From Pelagomonas calceolata (taxonomy: Eukaryota): DNA of 64,000 nt. This document shows, piece after piece, positions 57,201 through 64,000 of this stretch; the first letter of the stretch is position 1, and every line of letters starts with the position of its first letter. Where the stretch lies: the NCBI GenBank assembly GCA_918797485.1, contig CAKKNE010000004.1, forward strand, positions 1,550,001 through 1,614,000, in the 5' to 3' direction. A program made the translations under genes and the position numbers. A model generated the notes under the pieces. It had not been told where the DNA came from. It saw only the letters and a list, made by a program, of their open reading frames with translations, and ran no database searches.

Positions 57201-58363
57201 TCGAATTCGTTGGTTCCGTAGACTAAAACAGCTTCGCCCACGTCGTCCACGTGGCCATTTTTGGAGTCGGTCTCCACGCCAATGAGGAAGTCATCAAAAC
57301 CATCGTCGTTGAGGTCAAAGCCACCCGAAATAGATTGACCGACGCCTCGAAAATTTGCATCGCCTTCTATGCGAAACCCACGCTCGATCGGAAATCCTGT
57401 GTGCCCGGAGCTAGTGAGATCCCAGGCGCCGTGGCCCGTCAAAGTTGTTCGATCTCCGCCAAAGAAAACGTAGACCCGCCCTTGCGAAACCAAGGAAGAA
57501 CCCACACCATCTCCCGAGGCCCCAATTAAGATATCATCGAAACCATCTCCGTTCACATCACCGGCCGTCGTGACTTGCGAGCCAAATGCACTGTCTTCCT
57601 GATCGGTATTATCCTCTCGGAGGATCATGAATGCATTTTCTCCCAATGCGTTGATAGCGGTCTCAAAGGTTCCAACATTTGATTTCTGATCAGCCCACGG
57701 CGGATATTTTGACTGTAGCCGGCGACGACGAGCGGAGGAGTCATATTCACTTGAACCAAAGAGTACGTAGACATGTCGCACCCCCGGAGCACCAATGATG
57801 ATATCGTCCACACCATCACCATCAACGTCGCCGGCCGGTGCCACAGATGCCCCCAGAAAGCCTAAGTCCGTAAACCCCTGGAAGGACGCGGCGTTCACGT
57901 AGTACCCATCCCGACGACCAGAGTTGCTCAAACCTAAGTCACTGTCCGGCCCAAAATTCATATTCCCGAGATTGAAATCAACGCCAAAACCGCCGTCCGC
58001 CGAGGAAGCGATCTTGAGCCGCTCTAGCCTCATGCATCGCTCGTGTGCCTCGATCAAGTTGCTGCATTCATCTTCGTCCTTGTTATTCGCATTCAAGCAC
58101 TCCTCTTTCTGCTTCCTTGTCTTGGGGCATCGGTCTTCCTCCGCGACGGTTCTGCTCGCCTCGCCATACTCGTATGAGTACGACAGCAGATCCTCGAATT
58201 CAAAAGTCGCCACTAACCCTTCATCACGTTGCCCCCCAAGCATGTTCAGGCGGTCGCTCGCCGGCGTCGCGCCGCGAAGAGCTTCGTAGTCCACGAATGG
58301 CGCGGCGCGTGTCATCAAGGCGCCAGAGCACGCCCATGCGAAGGCGAGCTGAACAGACCGCAT
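54221..58363 (-). CDS. Intronless FG-GAP (integrin-alpha-like beta-propeller) repeat type I membrane protein, 1380 aa
   Basis: Signal peptide; many G.SV..AGD(V/F)NGDG.DD(I/L)IIGA…G.(A/V)YV(I/V)FG repeats; Pro/Thr-rich stalk; TM helix GIIGGVVAGAAVLFILAMVVY; short acidic tail. Confidence 0.9.
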   Translation of the reverse strand: MRSVQLAFAWACSGALMTRAAPFVDYEALRGATPASDRLNMLGGQRDEGLVATFEFEDLLSYSYEYGEASRTVAEEDRCPKTRKQKEECLNANNKDEDECSNLIEAHERCMRLERLKIASSADGGFGVDFNLGNMNFGPDSDLGLSNSGRRDGYYVNAASFQGFTDLGFLGASVAPAGDVDGDGVDDIIIGAPGVRHVYVLFGSSEYDSSARRRRLQSKYPPWADQKSNVGTFETAINALGENAFMILREDNTDQEDSAFGSQVTTAGDVNGDGFDDILIGASGDGVGSSLVSQGRVYVFFGGDRTTLTGHGAWDLTSSGHTGFPIERGFRIEGDANFRGVGQSISGGFDLNDDGFDDFLIGVETDSKNGHVDDVGEAVLVYGTNEFDRSILPLQNLAGKGGSMNPRGVILALKNKDGAGKKALLGLEMAALDDVNGDGHDDIAVGAPQYGDGGAAFVIFGGIQYHGTLFLDEMDGSDGFGILGAKKGDLCGGDVKKAGDFNGDGYGDIIVGAAGFEHRRGAAYIVLGRKHFGPTVRADISFRGDVAKDMAGYSVSSAGDVDGDGLDDVLIGAFTSSPQAREMAGTVYCVLGGSKKKGTFDLSDLNGFDGFTMYGEHSGDGAGFDVAAAADFNNDGIDDIIVSSVFQKGSASNKGGNAYVIFGQHFNSKAPTTMPTGPSAMPTPAPSRPTYSLGNEKLPFPSKVALSSIQGMSAGSILRGEETLPSIAFIGDVDFDGIDDFVAAADGKAYLIYGAANDDIFAGDLNSITTQTSGNFVGAAIEAPCSIQVVASAGDFNLDGHDDMALACPADNDSTGTVFVVFGGDGFPETNIISLESDMMLGVDYIQLQGGSNGDGFGSSLSTLDFNNDGYADVVIGAPQSSCAYVYYGMASTALSASIVDATTFGPTEGFRLTHDQSDLGSSVAGIGDINDDGYDDVAVGAPAAATVCVVFGNEYMRNDDAPAEYKCDDLDPDSDNSPGFMTFTSSEGGDKDSEERYIGVAVSAAGDVNGDSYADFLVGAPGVDHGSGMVYIMLGKPDNWKKKENTKKAMPIVSSLRRGALGSAVAGAGDINNDGLDDILIGASNGLDRTASEPGTAYVVFGSASLVPAHASIDVRMLDGSDGFALTGTNLGAQAGAAVALGTFDVNNDGIDDLMVGEPGAHQAFVLFGISVGTVDTHEPSQMPTTDTWVPTSSPKPTGGFPTPRPTKQPTPRPTPMPTGAFPTPMPTKDMPTPRPSTSTPTSPISPTAPTDGGPTDGGPTDGGGSTGSSSSSDSGSSSSSNSGGGVDAASAGIIGGVVAGAAVLFILAMVVYRNKSRDEQASLADDVDRITIEAEAARPQPTPVDQASMSSGVNDMSMVEAPASMVTDVQEKIIEADL

Positions 58364-58499
58364 CGTCGAAAATTTCGACTGCCAAAAATTCTAGGATACA
58401 ATTTTTGATTGAACTTCAGCATAGGCTGACCAGCGAGATATACGAGTTACTGGGGCAACTAGGCGTTAATCCCACCAGTGCCCAAGATGGGTCACGGAA

Positions 58500-59110
58500 A
58501 TCATGATAGGGCCACCGTGAGCGCCCGGGCCTCAGGCTCTATACCAACTTACTGCGGTCACGGTTACTGCGGCGCGGGTCACGGTGTCTAGCTGTACGTG
58601 CCCGCTTAATGACCCTCACAATTCTGAGCCACACGAGATACATCCTCCAGTAGAAGAGGCCGCTTATGTTCCGAGTCAACGGTTGGACGTCACGGTTTCA
58701 AGTTGCGTCCAGGGGGAGCCTGAGTAGAGAGAGAGGAACCCTTTAGCCTGAGCCCATCCTACTAGTACCCTAGATATGTATCTCTCACTCTGTAAATTGA
58801 GTCCATACATTGCCAGTGACTCGGAGTGCCAGTGTCTATCGACGGCGACTCGGACCGTGACCGTCACGGTTACGCTAGTACTCACTGGCACTCAGGCTGG
58901 CAGGCTCAGGCCCGGGCTATGTCACGGTAAACCAGCCTGAGCTTATAATACAACACTCTCGTAGTGGGTTAGCGCCAGTTTTCTGATTGAGCAGCTAGGA
59001 CCCTGCTACTTTACATAACGCTGCGACATACTCTTGCTACGTAGGTACCACGGTACCGTAGGTACCGTAGGTACAATACCGTAGGTACCGTGTACGGTAC
59101 CTAGGTATGT
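58500..59110. repeat. Mosaic tract of XY-C-rc(XY)-G-XY octamers followed by TA-centred (TACCGTA/TAGGTA) iterations
   Basis: 22 rule-obeying octamers counted in 58500-58941; GGTACCGTAGGTACCGTAGGTAC array at ~59041-59107. Confidence 0.85.
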
Positions 59111-59226
59111 CTAGCGTGCGTTGGCCGCTTACTCTCACTACACCGCACAAATTGAAAGCAAGCTGAATTTTAAATCTCTCGAGAACATTAGACGAAGTCG
59201 ATGATCTGCTTATCGTGATATTCGCA

Positions 59227-61623
59227 ATGGTTATGGCGAGACCGAATATTCGTTTGGCAAGGCTACGTGCGAGACGGAAACAAGCTGTGTGGAGTCCCGC
59301 ACTTACATCAGCTGTTCCCGCAACTCATTCTGCAACATTTTCAAAATCCAACAAAATTGCAGCTTACCTTGCCTCGAAAATCACATCTACTCTTACTGTG
59401 AGATCAATTGTATATTTTTATTTAGTGGCAACTGCATATACGCAGGCCATTTTCACTGCCCTTGTGTCTATACCCAACTACAGATCGAGTGGAATCATCA
59501 CTTATGCCCATGAAAATGTGACTAGTGATGAGCAAAGGTTAGTATCTTGGATACGTCACATCAACCTCAAAGGGGCTCTCAGGCTATTATCACACGCCAA
59601 GCTGAAGGAACGTCAGTGGCACTGCGGTCAGATTGTGGTTAATTTTGCGGAAATTTCATCAGTGATCACAAATTCGCTAACCAATTCGTGGTCCGCGTGC
59701 GATTATGCTACATTTGGTGGCAGGGTGCATGTGGCTCCAGCTCGCTTGCTGATGTTATCGGGTGTTTATTCTGACAGACTCTCAACCATTCATAGAACAA
59801 GTCAATACGAAATGGTTGGCAGGACAACGCAGGATATGGCCCGAGTTCCAAAATTTGCCGCCTTGACAGAAGTCCTTTCAACTGGTAGCCCACGTCCGAT
59901 AGAATTTTACGAACAAATCATAGAACACGCAGGGCAGTTACTGGGCCAAATGAAACCCACGTTGGCTCCCGATTTGCATGATAATAATGATAAGCTGATT
60001 TTTGCTATTCAAAGGCAAATTTTCTTCGCCACTTATTACAGGCTTGCCAATTTGGGAAGAATAATGCCTCTACAAATGGCTAAAAGAAACACACTTCGAA
60101 TATCAGTTTTTGCAAGGGACATGCAAGAGATCCAATATGGCCCTGCAGGCAAAAAGATTATATATTTTGTGCCAGATGTTGCGCAGTCAGACGTAGCAAA
60201 AACTGATCCCACATCGACCAAAGATCGCTTTCACAGAGCTCATCGTTGCGCTTTCAACAACAAAAGAGGAGCATTTCCATCACAACAATGCCCAATTGTC
60301 TTGTCTGATGAACACAAGCGGAAACAAGTTGCCCCTTTGAATCAGTTGCTTAGTGTCATGGGGGACCTTGGTGCGCTGTGCATAGTAGCTGCGCGTTCAC
60401 AGTATACATGCAAACAGCTGAAAATTTTCACCACAGCATGCGGTGTATATGCAACCTCATCTGAATCCGTGAGACTTGATGCCCAAAACAGCCGTGACCA
60501 TACTTGGGCCTACAACTTAGTGAAAGATGTGCAGGATATTCAATATCCTAATTTCAAACTTTCTGCACAATTTATCTGCACATCTACTAGCATTAGACGC
60601 CTCCAGAAAGATGCTTCTGTTCCTGCCATTTATGATCACTCACTAGCACGACGTGCATCCATGCAAATGTACACAACCACTCGAGAAGATATTAGACACT
60701 ATAACCCCCATTTAGCCTTATTTGGGCATCAAAGAGACGCCGGTGACCAATTGCCTATGGGGGGGGGAACCCAAAACGTTCACCAAGGCTCACATCTGCC
60801 AGTGTACAAGGATAAGGAAAGTAACTCATCCATCACAAAGCCAATTCTTCTGATTGAAGATATTTCTCTTCGTTGGAACGTCCATGCCAACATGGCCAGG
60901 AGCATATTGCGTGAACTCAGAATGGCAGAACTCTCGATTAGACCCATTGATCACATTGCCGTGAGCTTATTGAGCACATCTAGTAAGCTTGCAATGACAC
61001 TACATGTAAGATCAAGGAAAAGTGTATTTCAACGCTATGATTACATTGAGGCTGCAGAAGGGAAACTGTGTGCATTGCGCGTTTGCCAGTCTCAAATAAC
61101 CGCACTCAAAGTTCATCCGCATATTTATAGCTGGAGCGCCAAGGATAAGGAAAGAATTGGACTAATTTCGCAAGGAGCACATAACCTTAACGCTCTTGAT
61201 ACAATCAGATTGTTTTTCAGGGAGTACCTTGCGCGCAAGCACAAACCAACACGGCAGCAGCTGTTGGGTCAGACTATACATGAACCATCTAGCACAGAAT
61301 TGCATGACTTAGCAACCAGGTCAGTACCCATCAGCTCAAGTTATACAGCTCGCTATTATTATCAAAATGAAGTATGTAAAAGACTTAGCCCCACATGCAG
61401 GATTCAGGGAGCACTCGGTTTGATCTTACAGCCTCAATCTGTTTGCACCTCACACGACCGCAAAGTAATTGTCTCCACAAAGAAAAAATTGAGCTCAGCG
61501 CTTTCACAATATATGGTAGACACATTTGCCAGCCTGTTACTTCATCGGCTATTCCCCGAGAACATCAAGATTGTCCACGACTTTACGGTCGAGTGTGGAA
61601 CTCATAGGCCATGCGATTGGTGA
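59227..61623 (+). CDS. Hypothetical protein, ~800 aa
   Basis: Uninterrupted 2.4-kb ORF in relatively AT-rich sequence; no motif recognised. Confidence 0.6.
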   Translation: MVMARPNIRLARLRARRKQAVWSPALTSAVPATHSATFSKSNKIAAYLASKITSTLTVRSIVYFYLVATAYTQAIFTALVSIPNYRSSGIITYAHENVTSDEQRLVSWIRHINLKGALRLLSHAKLKERQWHCGQIVVNFAEISSVITNSLTNSWSACDYATFGGRVHVAPARLLMLSGVYSDRLSTIHRTSQYEMVGRTTQDMARVPKFAALTEVLSTGSPRPIEFYEQIIEHAGQLLGQMKPTLAPDLHDNNDKLIFAIQRQIFFATYYRLANLGRIMPLQMAKRNTLRISVFARDMQEIQYGPAGKKIIYFVPDVAQSDVAKTDPTSTKDRFHRAHRCAFNNKRGAFPSQQCPIVLSDEHKRKQVAPLNQLLSVMGDLGALCIVAARSQYTCKQLKIFTTACGVYATSSESVRLDAQNSRDHTWAYNLVKDVQDIQYPNFKLSAQFICTSTSIRRLQKDASVPAIYDHSLARRASMQMYTTTREDIRHYNPHLALFGHQRDAGDQLPMGGGTQNVHQGSHLPVYKDKESNSSITKPILLIEDISLRWNVHANMARSILRELRMAELSIRPIDHIAVSLLSTSSKLAMTLHVRSRKSVFQRYDYIEAAEGKLCALRVCQSQITALKVHPHIYSWSAKDKERIGLISQGAHNLNALDTIRLFFREYLARKHKPTRQQLLGQTIHEPSSTELHDLATRSVPISSSYTARYYYQNEVCKRLSPTCRIQGALGLILQPQSVCTSHDRKVIVSTKKKLSSALSQYMVDTFASLLLHRLFPENIKIVHDFTVECGTHRPCDW

Positions 61624-61765
61624 AAATTACAAGAATTGCAAACCGGGAAGGGAATTTGTTAGCGTTAGGTTTTTGCCATAGTGCGGAAGACGACGCTCGA
61701 CAGAGGTGCGACAGCGCGGCACTCCCACTGCGAGCGCTCCAATAAAAGGACCCAGTTTGAGGCCA

Positions 61766-63024
61766 TGCAGGGCTACCCGGGGCAGATGCCGGGCCAAATG
61801 CCCGGCTAGGGCCAGATGCAGATGCCCGGCCAGCTGAACCAGGCCGCGAACCAACACCGGCCGCCGACGGACGCGGCGACACGCGGTCGTCGATCTCGGC
61901 GCTCGACGTGCTCTCGCGGCCAGCGCCGCCCGCGGGCGCCGGCATGCCCGGCTACGGCATGGCCGGGCAGATGCCCGGGATGATGCCCCGGGGCAGATGC
62001 CCGGCACCGGCCATGCCGGGCGCGATGCCGGGTGCGATGCCCGGCGCCATGCCCGGCGCCATGCCCGGCGCGCCGCCGCCGCGGCTGAGCCCCCCGAGCC
62101 GGCCGGCCCGCCGCCGTTGCAGCCGCTCAAAGCCAAAGCCCGAGATGCCGGGCGCGCTCAACGCGGCGCCCCCAGCGCCTTCGGCGCCCGCTGTGCCCGG
62201 CCTGCTCCAGCCGACGCCCTATGCGCCGCCGGTGCTCGCGCCCGTGCCTCAGCCAACGGGCGCCCTCGACCTCTTCGGGCTGCCCGTCGCCGCGCCGCCG
62301 CCCGCCCAGGCGCCGGCGCCGCCGCCGCAGGAAGAGAGCTGGGGCCTCGACGGCCTCGACCTGAGCGCGGGGCCCGCGGCGCCGGCGCCCTCCGGCCGTC
62401 TGGGCGCAGCTCCCGGAGGCCATGCAGCGCGAGATCCTGATGCAGCGCGGCGGCGATCCGCACGCCGACTCCGCGACGGCGGCCGTGCCGCCGCCGCGCG
62501 GCGCGGACGCCTGCCGCTCCCAGACGCACGCCGAGGCGCCGGCGCACAGCATGCACGGCGTCGTGCAGATCGAGTGCCTCGCGCGGTGTTCTTTACGCAC
62601 GCTGAATAAGGTCTGGAAGCCATCGGTCGTCATCATCAAAGGACATAGGGAGCTCCTCGTGTTCCGCAATTCGTCGGACTGGGCGCAGTACCGCACCGCA
62701 AGCGTCCATCGGGGCGGCGACATCGTCCAAGCCATGAAGGCCGTGACGCCCTTAATCAAGCTGCACATCATGCTCAGCGCCGTGCATGTGACGGATGAGG
62801 TGAAGGCCAAGGAATACAAGACCTTCGGGCCGACCTTCGGGCCACTGCACCACTTCACGCTGTCGGAGACGAGCGCGGAAGGGAAAGAAAAGGTCGTCGC
62901 CAAGTTCGCGTCGCGCGGCGCGCGCGAGTGCCTCGACCTGCGCGGCGCGATCAACGCCGCCGTCCGCAGCGGCGGCGCGTCCCGTTCCGGTGGTGGCGAC
63001 GCCGTCGGCCGCTACAACTCGTGA
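61766..63024 (+). pseudogene. High-GC gene with MPGQ/MPGA low-complexity N-terminus and PH-like C-terminal domain; in-frame TAG and frameshifts
   Basis: ATG CAG GGC TAC CCG GGG CAG ATG CCG GGC CAA ATG CCC GGC TAG GGC CAG (apparent CAG>TAG at 61807). The repeat reading switches frames at ~61990 and ~62090. The last segment (LARCSLRTLNKVWKPSVVII…VVAKFASRGARECLDLRGAI) looks PH-like. Confidence 0.55.
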
Positions 63025-63528
63025 GTAGTTAGAGTGAGTAGTATAGGGTTTCGTGTACTTCATGCCCCCATACTGACAAATGACCCGGATGCAAAGACGC
63101 ATACAAAATCCGAATTTTGAAATCCGATATATAAAAACTAACATATCCCGTCGACGGGTTATGTTATACGGACGCAGGCCAAGCGGGGAACAGATGATCC
63201 GTTTTGCAGAAGATTGGTGGCGCATGTTGCCGCGTATCTAGACGTGCTTCCTCGGTTCCGGTCCGCGTATTCAAACTATGTTTTAAATTATAGTTCGAGC
63301 ACCCTTCAAGCTCGGCGGGTTCGTGAAACTTGAACGATCATGATAAATGTTGTATGGTTACATTTTTACTAGCGCCGCCATGTTTAGTCATTTTTGTAAA
63401 TTAAGAGATCTGATATTAGTTGCAATTGAAAAGAATTAATCCAGGAGCACAAAAGACATGTTTTTCGGTATCGTAAAAACTTGAAGTTGAAATTAGAGAT
63501 AACTGGGACTCGGAAAAAAGAAATTCAT

Positions 63529-63610
63529 CTTCTTGACTCGGAGCAGGGAGAAGGCTCTTAGTAGGTTTTTTCTATTTTTAGGTCTACCTTAATTTATTTA
63601 TTTATTTATT
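63529..63610 (+). mobile_element. Extreme 3' end of the same LINE family as 15960-16982, with (TTTA)n tail
   Basis: GAGCAGGGAGAAGGCTCTTAG is identical to 16940-16960, then a T-rich UTR and TTTA repeats. Confidence 0.7.
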
Positions 63611-63726
63611 CAACTTGAAAGTCTATTTATTTTAGTAACCGGTGATGAATCCCTAAACATGGAACAGCGATGACACCGGTGACAAGCGATAGTATATATA
63701 AGACAAGTCACACGGCGAACGACACA

Positions 63727-64000
63727 CTAGATCCCGAGCACTGCGTAGTCGTGGATGAAGCAGTAGGCGAAGAAGAGCAGGTACCCCAGTATGTAGAAGA
63801 TGCCCGACAGCCGCGTCTGCACGTAGCGCTGAGTCACGGCGCTCACAACCGTGAACAGGAACGCGCCTGCGATGATGCCCGAACCTAAATCGGACGTCTG
63901 CACGAGGATGGGCTTCCCGTTTATAGCGGTCGAGATCGCCCACGGTAAACCCAGCGCAAATAACACATCGAAGATGTTCGATCCAAACACGTTCGCCACG
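63727..64000 (-). CDS. K+-dependent Na+/Ca2+ exchanger (NCKX/SLC24-like), C-terminal fragment running off the window
   Basis: Alpha-2 repeat signature ANVFGSNIFDVLFALGLPW followed by two TM helices. Confidence 0.85.
   Translation of the reverse strand, partial: VANVFGSNIFDVLFALGLPWAISTAINGKPILVQTSDLGSGIIAGAFLFTVVSAVTQRYVQTRLSGIFYILGYLLFFAYCFIHDYAVLGI

Noticed and set aside
58500..59110. CRISPR-like or satellite array
   Set aside because: No constant 25-45 bp repeat with spacers, eukaryotic context and no cas genes; the units are heterogeneous 8-mers.

Overview
Eukaryotic nuclear DNA from an intron-containing protist or alga. Gene content, short GT/GC-AG introns and the sharp mid-GC versus high-GC contrast suggest a stramenopile, possibly a pelagophyte; this is inference only. 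Genes: a WD40/Reeler/FN3 protein, RNA polymerase I second subunit (RPA2), Nbp35/NUBP1, a Vps39/TGFBRAP1-like solenoid apparently fused to a gamma-COP appendage domain, a WW-PH-ARM protein, an axonemal dynein heavy chain (DNAH2/I1-beta-like), 14-3-3, BTF3/NAC-beta, an intronless FG-GAP membrane protein, an orphan 800-aa ORF, a disrupted high-GC gene and a partial NCKX-type exchanger. Intergenic DNA holds nested non-autonomous DNA transposons and LINE 3' ends. The most striking signal is that intergenic DNA is saturated with 8-mers obeying one rule, XY-C-revcomp(XY)-G-XY (22 in about 440 bp at 58.5-58.9 kb). Comparison of paralogous repeat copies shows at least some are 6-bp insertions, some nested in each other, consistent with a stereotyped hairpin-type excision or repair footprint. 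Exon boundaries were read by eye and need RNA-seq confirmation.
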